In this document: positions 41,287 to 50,263 of the stretch, piece after piece | Position numbering within the stretch: the stretch's first letter is position 1 | Layout of the letters: every line of letters starts with the position of its first letter | Assembly: GCA_963698065.1 (NCBI GenBank) | Contig: OY969117.1 | Span: 3,574,329 to 3,638,328 of the forward strand | DNA length: 64,000 nucleotides | Direction of reading: 5' to 3' | Source: an uncultured Solirubrobacteraceae bacterium | Lineage (GTDB): Bacteria > Actinomycetota > Thermoleophilia > Solirubrobacterales > Solirubrobacteraceae | The notes under the pieces: model-generated | Told to the model about the DNA's origin: nothing | What the model saw: the letters and a program-made list of their open reading frames with translations, nothing else | Databases searched by the model: none | Translations under genes and position numbers: made by a program

Positions 41287-42962
41287 GCCGCCACCCCCAC
41301 GCCAAGTCGCGTGCCCTCGATCAGGTGCACCTCGTCGGCGAGGTCGGCGAGCAGTTCCTCGTGCGTGAGCAGGAGCGTGGTGCGTCCACGCGCCAGACGC
41401 TCGATCGCCTCGATTACCACCGTCACGCTCTCACCGTCGAGGTGGGCCGTGGGCTCGTCCATCACCACCAGCGGCCGGTCGGCAAGGAAGGCACGTGCCA
41501 GCGCCACGCGCTGGGCCTGCCCCGCCGACAGCCGCCTGCCACCCTCCCCGACGCGGGTGTCCAGCCCGGCGGGCAGCTCCTCGAGGAACTCGAGTGCGTT
41601 CGCTGCAGCCGCGGCATCTTCGAGCTGCAGCCGGGTGGCGCCTGGGGCGTAGAGAGCGATGTTCTCGGCCACGCTTCCCGCGAACAGCGTGGGGCGCTGG
41701 GGGACCCAGGCGATCGTCGAGCGCCAGCGATCGAGGTCGAGGTCGCGCAGATCCACCCCGCCACAGGCGATGCGGCCTGCGGTCGGATCGGCGAGGCGCA
41801 TGAGCAGCATCGCAAGCGTGCTCTTGCCCGCGCCGCTGGGGCCCACCAGGGCGGCCATCCGACCGGGCTCGAGCGCCAGCTCGATGCCCGCGAGCGCCGC
41901 CTCCTCGCGCCGGGGGTAGGTGTAGCTCACCGCCTCGAAGCAGATCGGGGCGAGCGCGGGATCGCGTGGGGCGCGCGGCATGCTCGGGCGCGACAGTGGC
42001 TCGGGTCCGTCGAGCGCGGAGAAGATCAGCTCGGAGGCAGTGCTCGCGTCGGCGCTCGCATGGAACTGCTGGCCGACTTGGCGCAGCGGCCCGTAGAGCT
42101 CAGGCGCGAGCAGCAGCACGGTCAGCCCCGCCTGCAGACCCAGCGCGCCGTCGACGAGCTGCACGCCGATCGTCGCTGCCACGAGCGCGGTCCCGATCAT
42201 CGCGCACAGCTCGAGCACCAACGCCGAGAGGAAGGCGATCCGCAACGTGGCCATCGTCTCGGCGCGGTAGCGCTCGCCGACTTCGGCCAGCGTTTGCTGC
42301 TGAGCCTGCTCGCGAGCGTATGCTCGCAACGTCTGCAGACCCTGCACCACGTCGAGGAAGTGCGCGCCGAGCAACCCCAGCGCCCGCCAGCGCGAACGCG
42401 CCTGGGAGCGGGCGCCCTTGCCGATGAGCACCATGAATCCGATCAGGATCGGCACTGTCAGCGCGAGGATGCCCGCGGCGATCGGGTCGAGCGTCAGCAC
42501 CCAGCCGATCACGGCCAGTGGCACCGCCGCGGCGAGCACCAGCTGCGGCAGGTAGCCCGCGAAGTAGTCCTCGAGCGAGTCCACACCCTGCACGGCCGTG
42601 CCCGCCAGCTCACCCGTGCGAGCGCCGCCTGGGCGCCGCTCGGGAGCCTTCACCAGCACGCGCTCCACCAGCCGCCCGCGCAGCTCCGACATCACCCGCA
42701 GCGCACCCAGGCGCCCTGACAGCTCGAAGGCGCCGTTGCACACGGCCCGCGCGGTGAGCACTGCAGCGAGCGCGATCAGCTCGGAGCGCAGCGAGAGGAG
42801 CGAGGAGCGGTGCATCGCCACACGGTCGATCACGTATGCCAGCAGCGCTGCCTGTGCCACGATCAACCCGGCGGACAGAAGGCCCACGGTGCCTGCGATC
42901 ACTAGGTGCGTACGTGCTGCGCGGCTCTCGCCGATCAGGCGCCGGTCCACTGGCGCGGCCAT
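41283..42962 (-). CDS. cydD: Thiol reductant ABC exporter subunit CydD
   Basis: TM domain plus NBD with GPSGAGKST, LSAGQAQRVALARAF, LVVMDEPTAHLD. 4-nt overlap with cydC. Confidence 0.85.
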   Translation of the reverse strand: MAAPVDRRLIGESRAARTHLVIAGTVGLLSAGLIVAQAALLAYVIDRVAMHRSSLLSLRSELIALAAVLTARAVCNGAFELSGRLGALRVMSELRGRLVERVLVKAPERRPGGARTGELAGTAVQGVDSLEDYFAGYLPQLVLAAAVPLAVIGWVLTLDPIAAGILALTVPILIGFMVLIGKGARSQARSRWRALGLLGAHFLDVVQGLQTLRAYAREQAQQQTLAEVGERYRAETMATLRIAFLSALVLELCAMIGTALVAATIGVQLVDGALGLQAGLTVLLLAPELYGPLRQVGQQFHASADASTASELIFSALDGPEPLSRPSMPRAPRDPALAPICFEAVSYTYPRREEAALAGIELALEPGRMAALVGPSGAGKSTLAMLLMRLADPTAGRIACGGVDLRDLDLDRWRSTIAWVPQRPTLFAGSVAENIALYAPGATRLQLEDAAAAANALEFLEELPAGLDTRVGEGGRRLSAGQAQRVALARAFLADRPLVVMDEPTAHLDGESVTVVIEAIERLARGRTTLLLTHEELLADLADEVHLIEGTRLGVGVAA

Positions 42963-42964
42963 GC

Positions 42965-44143
42965 TCAGGTGGGGTTGTGCGCAGGTTCGACGGGGAGCGC
43001 CGGAGCGCTCTCGCCGAGCTCCCCGTCGTGGACTCCTGCGCCCCCGTTGCGGGGGCCCACTGTCCCGTTTCCACCACCGACGCCCAGCCGCGTCTGCTCC
43101 AGCACCGCCATCGGCGTGAGCGCGCCCTCGAAGTGATCGCGCCCGAGACGGTGGCGAAAGACCCAGTAGCTCCAGGCCTGATAGGCGAGGACGATCGGCA
43201 CGAACACGATTGCCACCACGGTCATCACGGTCTGGGTGTAGTGCGTCGAGGAGGACGCCACGAGCGACAGGTCGTAGGCGTGGCTCGTGCTCGACGGCAG
43301 CGCGTTGGGGAAGAGGTTTACGAACAGCGTCACGAACAGCAGCGCGATCGCGCCGGCGCTGAGGGCGAACGCCCGCCCGTCGCGCTCACGGGCGACTGCG
43401 AGCGGGACCAGCGCGGCCAGCCCCACCGTCGCAACCGCGAGGATCAGAGCAGAGACCTTCAGGCCACCGGGGCTCGACTGGTCGATTGTCGTCCACAACA
43501 GGAAGCCCGCAAGCAGCGCCGCGCTCGTGAGCGATGCGATCCGGGCAACGGCGCGGGCACGCTTCACCATCTCGCCCTCGGTGCGCAGCGACAGGAAGAT
43601 CGCACCGTGGGCGAGGAACAGCGACAGCGTCACCAGGCCGCCCAGCAGGGCGTAGGGGTGAAGCAGATCCCACAGCGAGGCGGTGACGTTGTGGGCCGAG
43701 CTCATCGGCACGCCGTGGACGATGTCGGCCCAGCCCACGCCCCACAACAGCGCCGCCAGGAAGCTGCCGATCACGGCCGTCCACTCCCACGTCGCGCGCC
43801 AGCGCGACGAGTCTTCCTTGCCCCAGAACTCGAACGAGACGCCGCGTACGATCAGCGCCGCGAGGATCAGGAACAGGGCGATGTAGAAGCCGGAGAAGAG
43901 GCTCGCATACCAGCCGGGGAAGGCTGCGAACGTGGCGCCTCCCGCTGTCAGCAGCCACACCTCGTTGCCGTCCCACACGGGTCCGATCGTGTGGATGATC
44001 ATGCGCTTGTCGGTGTCGTCGCGCGAGAGCGCGCGCAGGAGGATGCCGACGCCGAAGTCGAAGCCCTCGAGCACGAAGTAGCCGATCCACAGCACGCCGA
44101 TCAGTCCGAACCACAGCGTCTGCAGGAAGTTGGGGTCGCGCAT
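42965..44143 (-). CDS. cydB: Cytochrome bd ubiquinol oxidase subunit II (with about 50-aa non-hydrophobic C-terminal tail)
   Basis: LWFGLIGVLWIGYFVLEGFDFGVGILL N-terminus. The tail ...EQTRLGVGGGNGTVGPRNGGAGVHDGELGESAPALPVEPAHNPT goes beyond the usual CydB length as I remember it. Confidence 0.9.
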   Translation of the reverse strand: MRDPNFLQTLWFGLIGVLWIGYFVLEGFDFGVGILLRALSRDDTDKRMIIHTIGPVWDGNEVWLLTAGGATFAAFPGWYASLFSGFYIALFLILAALIVRGVSFEFWGKEDSSRWRATWEWTAVIGSFLAALLWGVGWADIVHGVPMSSAHNVTASLWDLLHPYALLGGLVTLSLFLAHGAIFLSLRTEGEMVKRARAVARIASLTSAALLAGFLLWTTIDQSSPGGLKVSALILAVATVGLAALVPLAVARERDGRAFALSAGAIALLFVTLFVNLFPNALPSSTSHAYDLSLVASSSTHYTQTVMTVVAIVFVPIVLAYQAWSYWVFRHRLGRDHFEGALTPMAVLEQTRLGVGGGNGTVGPRNGGAGVHDGELGESAPALPVEPAHNPT

Positions 44144-44153
44144 GTCCTGCTCC

Positions 44154-45569
44154 TCAGTAGGCCAGTACGAGGTCGGGGTGGGTCGGAGCGGGTGCCTGGC
44201 CTCCGTCGGGCTCCGTGGCGGGCTCAGCTTCGGGGCCGTGCGCGATCTCCTTGAGGAACAGCCGGCCGCCGACGAGCAGCAGGATGCCGTAGAGCACCGT
44301 GTAGCCCACGAGGCTGAGGATGATCGTGCCCGAGCCGACGAGGGGGGAGCGCGCGTCGCTCGTCTTCAGCAGGCCGTAGACGACCCACGGCTGGCGCCCC
44401 ATCTCGGTGAAGATCCAGCCCGTCAGGTTCGCCAGGGGCGGAAGGAAGGCGCCGACGATCGCTGCTCGCAGGAACCAGCGCTTGCGCTCGATCAGCTTGC
44501 GGCGCATGAGCAGCAGGCCGAGCAGCGGGATCGCCAGCAGCAGCACGCCGATGCCGGCCATCAGGCGGAACGTCCAGTAGGTCACGCCCAGGATCGGCAC
44601 GTAGTCGCCCGGGCCGTATTTCTTCTGATCTTCGGCGTTGAGCTGGTTGACGCCCTTGACTTCACCGTTCCAGGAGGCACTGCCCAGGATCGAGAGCAGG
44701 TGGGGGATGCGAATGTCGGTGTTCAGCCGCTTGGGGAAGTGTTCAAAGGGACCGACCGCGAAGATCGACAGGCTCGCACCCTTGGTCGTCTTGTACAGCG
44801 CCTCGGCAGCCGCCATCTTCATCGGCTGCTGTTTCTCCATCAGCATCCCCTGGGTGTGGCCGAAGGCGCCGGTCAGGATCGCGGCACCGAGCGCCAGCGG
44901 CAGCACCATGCGCACCGAGCGCGAGTAGACCTCGTTGCCATGGCCCCGCAGCATCGCCAGCGCACAGATCCCCAGCACGAGGAAGGCGCCCGTGCAGATG
45001 GCCGCGAAGATCGTGTGCGGGAAGGCGAGCAGCAGCGTCGAGTTGGTGAGCACGGCGAAGATGCTCTTCAGCTCAGCGCGGTGCGTGGAGTGGTTGATCA
45101 CGTAGCCCACCGGGTGCTGCATCCACGAGTTGGCCGCGAGGATGAAGTAGGCAGACAGACACGCCCCGAAGGCCGTGAGCCACATCGTGGCGAGATGCAC
45201 CTTCGGCGAGAGGCGCCCCCAGCCGAAGATCCACAGCCCCAGGAAGGTCGACTCCAGGAAGAACGCGGCCAGTCCCTCCATCGCCAGCGGAGCGCCGAAG
45301 ATGTCGCCCACGTAGCGCGAGTATTCAGACCAGTTCATCCCAAACTGGAACTCCTGGACGATGCCCGTGACGACTCCGATCGCCAGCGAGATCAGCATGA
45401 ACTTGCCCCAGAAGCGGGTCATGCGCAGGTAGACCTCATCGCCCGTGCGATACCAGCGCGTCTGGCACCAGGCGACCCACACGGCGAGGCCAATCGACAT
45501 CGGCACGAAGATGAAGTGAAAGACCGTCGTGACCCCGAACTGGAGCCTGGCTAGTTCAAGTGTGTTCAC
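44154..45569 (-). CDS. cydA: Cytochrome bd ubiquinol oxidase subunit I
   Basis: MNTLELARLQFGVTTVFHFIFVPMSIGLAV..., Q-loop region and GWIFTEMGRQPWVV motif. Confidence 0.95.
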   Translation of the reverse strand: MNTLELARLQFGVTTVFHFIFVPMSIGLAVWVAWCQTRWYRTGDEVYLRMTRFWGKFMLISLAIGVVTGIVQEFQFGMNWSEYSRYVGDIFGAPLAMEGLAAFFLESTFLGLWIFGWGRLSPKVHLATMWLTAFGACLSAYFILAANSWMQHPVGYVINHSTHRAELKSIFAVLTNSTLLLAFPHTIFAAICTGAFLVLGICALAMLRGHGNEVYSRSVRMVLPLALGAAILTGAFGHTQGMLMEKQQPMKMAAAEALYKTTKGASLSIFAVGPFEHFPKRLNTDIRIPHLLSILGSASWNGEVKGVNQLNAEDQKKYGPGDYVPILGVTYWTFRLMAGIGVLLLAIPLLGLLLMRRKLIERKRWFLRAAIVGAFLPPLANLTGWIFTEMGRQPWVVYGLLKTSDARSPLVGSGTIILSLVGYTVLYGILLLVGGRLFLKEIAHGPEAEPATEPDGGQAPAPTHPDLVLAY

Positions 45570-45594
45570 GAGGGTGAATCTAAACGGAGACGAA

Positions 45595-45613
45595 AGTGGC
45601 GAAATCAGCCACT
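45595..45613 (-). terminator. Weak hairpin (AGTGGC-N7-GCCACT) followed by a T-containing tract, between treT stop and cydA start
   Basis: Read directly. On the minus strand the stem is followed by TTCGTCTCCGTTT. It could terminate treT or be a cydA leader element. Confidence 0.3.
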
Positions 45614-45626
45614 CTTCCCATGATTG

Positions 45627-46859
45627 CTACGGCAAACTACGCAGCAGCCGCAGCTCGTCGCGCAGCAGCCGTGGCAGCAGGAACTGCTCGCGAACGCGCT
45701 CGTGCCCGGTGCGACCGAGCTCCCGTGCCAGCTCGCGGTCGCGCAGCAGCTCGAGCATGCCGGCGGCGCACTCCTCAGTGCTCGAGACGAGCCGTCCCCC
45801 CGTTCCCGGAGGCATCTGCAGGGGAATGCCCCCGGCCCGCCCGGCAACGACGGGCGTGCGCTTCCACAGCGACTCTGAGACGACCAGGCCGAAGCCCTCG
45901 CGGATCGACTTCTGCACGACGACCTCGGACAGCAGCTGAAAGGCGTTGACCTCGACGTTGCTCACACCCGTGAGGTTGGTGTAGAGGTTGATCAGCGGAT
46001 CGTGCTCGGCCGCCTCGGAGACTTCGCGATACACATCCCAGCCCTCGGGATCGTCGAGGGCCATCGAGCCCACGAGCGCGAGCTGCAGCTCACCGATCTC
46101 AGCGCGCACCAAGCGATAGGCCTCGATCACACCGAGCGGGTCCTTCCACGGATCGAAGCGCGAGACCTGCGTGACGAGTCGGCCGGGGAGCTCGACGCCG
46201 ATCCAGTCGAGTATCTGGCTCGCCGTGCCAATGTCCAGATGGATGTTCTTGGGGCTGAGCGGGTCGATGGCCGGAGCGATCGTCTCGACGCGCGCGACGG
46301 GGAAGTCGGGCGGAACGAACTCGCCCATCGTGAACACGGCCGCGTCATAGTCGGCGAGCAGTGGACGCAGGAAGCTCCACGCCTGGGGGTTGGGCTCGCT
46401 CGTGTCGATGTGACAGCGCCACACCCAACGCGCCCCTCCGCTGCCATGCGCACCCAACAGCCCCGCGGGCTGAGGGTCGTGCACGACGACGAAGTCGTAG
46501 TCGTCGTCGAGTGACTGCGCGTTCTCGCGCACGCAATCGAGGTAGGCGCCCTGCTCGGCGTCGCTGAGCGCGCGCGTGGAGCCCTGCAGGCCGTTGTGGA
46601 GGGCCTTGGTCGCGGCGAAGAAGTCCGGGCTCCCAGCCATGACCTTCCAGTCGACCGCGAGGCCGATGTCGCGCAACAGCGGCACACTCGAGCGCAGGAG
46701 CTCCGAGACGCCGCCGCCGTAGGGGGTGGCGTTCACCTCGAGGATGCGCGCACCGGCGAGCTCGTGCGCCAGCTCCCTGAGCTCCTCGATGATCTCGGCT
46801 GGGGCGATCCCCTCATAGGAGTCGAGCGACCAGCGCCCCACGTTCACCTTTTGCAGCAT
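45627..46859 (-). CDS. treT: TreT-like trehalose synthase / GT4-family glycosyltransferase
   Basis: [55 protein letters not shown] matches the remembered TreT N-terminal signature. C-terminal [26 protein letters not shown] is the GT-B donor motif. Confidence 0.7.
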   Translation of the reverse strand: MLQKVNVGRWSLDSYEGIAPAEIIEELRELAHELAGARILEVNATPYGGGVSELLRSSVPLLRDIGLAVDWKVMAGSPDFFAATKALHNGLQGSTRALSDAEQGAYLDCVRENAQSLDDDYDFVVVHDPQPAGLLGAHGSGGARWVWRCHIDTSEPNPQAWSFLRPLLADYDAAVFTMGEFVPPDFPVARVETIAPAIDPLSPKNIHLDIGTASQILDWIGVELPGRLVTQVSRFDPWKDPLGVIEAYRLVRAEIGELQLALVGSMALDDPEGWDVYREVSEAAEHDPLINLYTNLTGVSNVEVNAFQLLSEVVVQKSIREGFGLVVSESLWKRTPVVAGRAGGIPLQMPPGTGGRLVSSTEECAAGMLELLRDRELARELGRTGHERVREQFLLPRLLRDELRLLRSLP

Positions 46860-46872
46860 GGGCAGCCTCTCC

Positions 46873-48519
46873 TCATTCGCCGATCAGATCCCGGCGCGCA
46901 AAGGCCCACGACGCGATCGCGCACGCGCCGAGCGCGATCCCGAGCATGACCGCCGCGTCGGCCGCCTTGAACGGCTGCGCGGGCACCAGGCCGACGTGCG
47001 CGAACGGGGTCAGTTCGACGAGCCACTTGGGCGCTGCGAGCAGCGAGCCTACGAGCTGCCACAGGAATGTGACGGTCACCAGCCCGTAGGCGATGCCGAC
47101 GCACGCGCGCGGCATGAGCGCATAGGCAAGCGCGGCGATCCCCAGGAAGAAGAAGGCGACGGGGAGGCAGTTGGCGCCGGCTCCGAGCATGCTCGACAGC
47201 GAGATGGCGACGCCCTGCGAGGCGGCGCCGGCCCACGCGAGCAGTGCAGCGAGGAGCGCGATCGACGCCGCGCCAAGCGCCGCTATCGCGAGCCGCCCGG
47301 CGAGCCACCCGCCGCGGGAGACCGGCAGGGCGAGCAGGGTCTCCAGTCGTCCTTCGGCTTCCTCGTGCCGGGCCACGTTGATCTGCGCGCAGGCGAACAG
47401 GCTCACTACGAGGATCACGAAGATGAAGACGAACGACACGTAGCCGCTCGGCGTGGCGATCGACCCCGAGCCGAGCTTTGCTATCTCGCGCTGCGTCGCC
47501 TTGGAGATCCCAGCCGTTGAGACGCTCTTGGAGACCACGCCGAAGACGAGCGCAAACACGCCTACAGTGCCCAGCCACACGCCGAGGCTGCCCCGCTCGG
47601 CGCGCAGCGCCTGCGCGCTCGTCGAGGAGAGCAGGCGCAGCCGCGGAGCGGCGGTGTCGCGGGACGGGAGCAGGCCGGTGCCGACGTCGCGGCGGCCGGC
47701 GATCTGTGCCGTGAGCACGCACAGCCCGACGCTCGTGGCGGCCGGGAGCAGGAGCACCAGCGGTTGTGCGCCGGTGAACGGGCGCAGCTCCTCCGCCCAC
47801 CCGAGCGGGGTCGCCCAGCGCAGCCAGCCGGCGCCGGCGGCGGTGTCCGCGATCACCCTCAACAGCAGCGACAGCCCAACCGTTGCGGTGCCGAGCTCGA
47901 GCGCCACCCGGCGGGTCGGCGCGAGCTGGCTGGTGAGAGCGCCGACGCCCACGAACACGGGCGCCACGGAGGCGATCGCGAGCGCCAGGTAGGCCGCGCC
48001 GCCCGCCGGCAGACCGCCCAGGAGGAACCCCACGAACGCCCCCGCCCAGAGGAGCACGACACCGACGCCGATCGCGCTCAGCGCCGAGGCCAGCGCGGCG
48101 GTGCGCCCGACCGGGGTGGCGAGGACGAGCTCGCTGCGGCCCGCCTCCTCCTCGGTGCGAAGCGCGCGCACCGCCGCCAGCACGCCGAACACGGCCGCCG
48201 CGATCGCGAGCGTCCCACCCACTCGCCAGGCGCAGTAGCCGCCGACGGTCAGCGGGTCATACGGGTAGCCGTAGAAGAGGCGGATGGCGTCGTTGCCGGC
48301 GAAGCTGTGGACGAAGCCGAGCCTGTCGGTCAGCGTCGGATAGGCGCTGCGATAGCCGACAGGCTGGATGTAGGCGTACAGCGCAAACAGGTAAACGAAC
48401 CCAATCGTGCGTGTCCGCGAGTCGCGCAGCCCACGACGAGCCAGCGCACGCACCGGTCCGAGGGCTGTGAGAATCCGGGACGAGGCGCCGTCGCCGGCGA
48501 GGACCTCGGTGCTAGACAC
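46873..48519 (-). CDS. Large ABC-2-type exporter permease (12 TM, antibiotic-exporter-like)
   Basis: 548 aa with hydrophobic helices throughout. 8-nt overlap with the upstream ATPase gene. Confidence 0.7.
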   Translation of the reverse strand: MSSTEVLAGDGASSRILTALGPVRALARRGLRDSRTRTIGFVYLFALYAYIQPVGYRSAYPTLTDRLGFVHSFAGNDAIRLFYGYPYDPLTVGGYCAWRVGGTLAIAAAVFGVLAAVRALRTEEEAGRSELVLATPVGRTAALASALSAIGVGVVLLWAGAFVGFLLGGLPAGGAAYLALAIASVAPVFVGVGALTSQLAPTRRVALELGTATVGLSLLLRVIADTAAGAGWLRWATPLGWAEELRPFTGAQPLVLLLPAATSVGLCVLTAQIAGRRDVGTGLLPSRDTAAPRLRLLSSTSAQALRAERGSLGVWLGTVGVFALVFGVVSKSVSTAGISKATQREIAKLGSGSIATPSGYVSFVFIFVILVVSLFACAQINVARHEEAEGRLETLLALPVSRGGWLAGRLAIAALGAASIALLAALLAWAGAASQGVAISLSSMLGAGANCLPVAFFFLGIAALAYALMPRACVGIAYGLVTVTFLWQLVGSLLAAPKWLVELTPFAHVGLVPAQPFKAADAAVMLGIALGACAIASWAFARRDLIGE

Positions 48520-49402
48520 GGCCGTCGGAGGAGTCGTAGTGGTGCAGGAAGATTTCCTCGAGCGACGGCTCGCGGCTGGTGAGCGCGAGCACCTGATGGC
48601 CTGCGAGCGCGGCGATCACGGGCCCCACGCTGCCGCTCACCTCGAGACGCAGGGCGTTCGTGCCGGCGCTCGTGGCATGCACGCCAGGAAGTGTCTCCAG
48701 GTGCGGCGCGGGTCCGTCGAAGGTGACGTCGATCGTCTGCGCGCTGAGGTGGCGCAGCTGCTCGAGCGTGCCCTCGTCGACGAGGCGCCCGCGGCGCAGG
48801 ATCCCGATCCGGTCGCACAGCGCCTCGACCTCGCTGAGGATGTGTGAGGAGAGGAAGATCGTCTGGTCGCGTTCCTTGGCCTCGGTGACGGTCTCCCTGA
48901 ACGCCACCTCCATCAGCGGGTCCAGCCCGGAGGTGGGCTCGTCGAGGATCAGAAGCTCGGCGCGGCTGGCGAAGGCGGCGATCAACTGGATCTTCTGGCG
49001 GTTGCCCTTGGACAATGCCCTGACCCGCTTGCCGGCCTCCAGCTGGAAGCGCTCCACGAGCCGGCTGCGATAGCTCACGTCCGTGCCGCCGCGCAGGTTG
49101 GCGAGGAACTCGAACGTCTCCTCGCTGGTCATGGATGGCCACAGGAAGGGCTCCCCTGCGACATAGGCCACGCGCCTGTGCGCGGTGACGGGGTCGCGCC
49201 ATGCATCGATGTCGAACAGGGCAGCCCGGCCGGCGCTCGGGCGGTGAAGACCCAGCAGCAGCCGGATCGTGGTCGTCTTGCCCGAGCCGTTCGGGCCCAG
49301 GTAGCCGTAGACCTCGCCCCTAGCCACGGACAGGTCGAGGCCGTCGAGGGCGAGCGTGTCGCCGTAGCGCTTGCTCAGGCCTTCGGCGTGGATCGCATTC
49401 AT
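48512..49402 (-). CDS. ABC transporter ATP-binding protein
   Basis: MNAIHAEGLSKRYGDTLALDGLDLSVARGEVYGYLGPNGSGKTT, LSKGNRQKIQLIAAF, LLILDEPTSGLDP. ATG 49402 preferred over 49498. Confidence 0.9.
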   Translation of the reverse strand: MNAIHAEGLSKRYGDTLALDGLDLSVARGEVYGYLGPNGSGKTTTIRLLLGLHRPSAGRAALFDIDAWRDPVTAHRRVAYVAGEPFLWPSMTSEETFEFLANLRGGTDVSYRSRLVERFQLEAGKRVRALSKGNRQKIQLIAAFASRAELLILDEPTSGLDPLMEVAFRETVTEAKERDQTIFLSSHILSEVEALCDRIGILRRGRLVDEGTLEQLRHLSAQTIDVTFDGPAPHLETLPGVHATSAGTNALRLEVSGSVGPVIAALAGHQVLALTSREPSLEEIFLHHYDSSDGRV

Positions 49403-49570
49403 GGGCAGAGCCTCATCTTCGCCGTCCTTCCAGACATCCGGGGTTTTTACGCACGTGGGTGCGGGAGTGCCGTGCCGGTGGGCAATCTCGGGGAGCATCC
49501 GTGCTTTTCCGTGAGCAGGTCACGTGTTTTCCCGGTAGCGCGAGCACCCTGGCGGTACTAGCTTCATCGC

Positions 49571-50263
49571 ATGGCTGCATTCCTACACGTCGCCCCACCT
49601 CTGGGCCAGTCCGATGTGGACCCGGGAACGGTGAGCAGGACCATCCATGTGGTCCTGGCGGACGATCATGTGCCGATGCGCCGGAGCCTGCGTCTGCTGC
49701 TCGATGGGGAGCCGGGACTGGAGGTCGTGGCCGAGGCCGACGACCACTCCTCGGCGACGCGCCACGTGCAAAGCCATCGGCCCGAGGTGCTCGTGCTCGA
49801 CCTCGGCATGCACGACGGCTCGAGCGTCGAAACGATTCGCTCGCTGAGCGAACGCGTGCCCGAGACCCGAATCGTGATCCTCACGATGGAGGACAACCCC
49901 GTGTTCGCCCAGCGTACGCTGACCGCCGGAGCGGTCGGCTTCGTGGCCAAGGATCTCGCCGATGTGGAGCTGCCGGAGGCGATTCGCGCTGCCGCTCGCG
50001 GCGAGGAATACGTGAGCCCGCGCGTCGCCGCCCGCCTGGACACGCTGCACCGGGCGCTGACCGATCACAAGCTCACCCAGCGTGAGGTCGAGGTCCTGCG
50101 CCTGATCGCCTTCGGGCACACGAGCGTCGAGATCGCACGCATGCTGCATCTCTCGCCGCGCACTATCGAGACGCATCGGGCGCACATCCACAAGAAGCTC
50201 GGACTGGCCTCCCGCTCGGAGCTCGTGCGCTACGCGCTGCGCCGCGGGCTGATCGGGGCCTGA
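49571..50263 (+). CDS. NarL/LuxR-family response regulator, paralog of 30196-30876
   Basis: IHVVLADDHVPMRRSLRLLL...EVLVLDLGMHDGS, LTQREVEVLRLIAFGHTSVEIARMLHLSPRTIETHRAHIHKKL. Alternative GTG start near 49641. Confidence 0.85.
   Translation: MAAFLHVAPPLGQSDVDPGTVSRTIHVVLADDHVPMRRSLRLLLDGEPGLEVVAEADDHSSATRHVQSHRPEVLVLDLGMHDGSSVETIRSLSERVPETRIVILTMEDNPVFAQRTLTAGAVGFVAKDLADVELPEAIRAAARGEEYVSPRVAARLDTLHRALTDHKLTQREVEVLRLIAFGHTSVEIARMLHLSPRTIETHRAHIHKKLGLASRSELVRYALRRGLIGA

Noticed and set aside
42836-45554. Two long plus-strand ORFs (42836-44254 and 44130-45554) antisense to cydB and cydA
   Set aside because: Highly charged Arg/Glu/Asp/Gln-rich translations opposite textbook cydAB membrane-protein frames.
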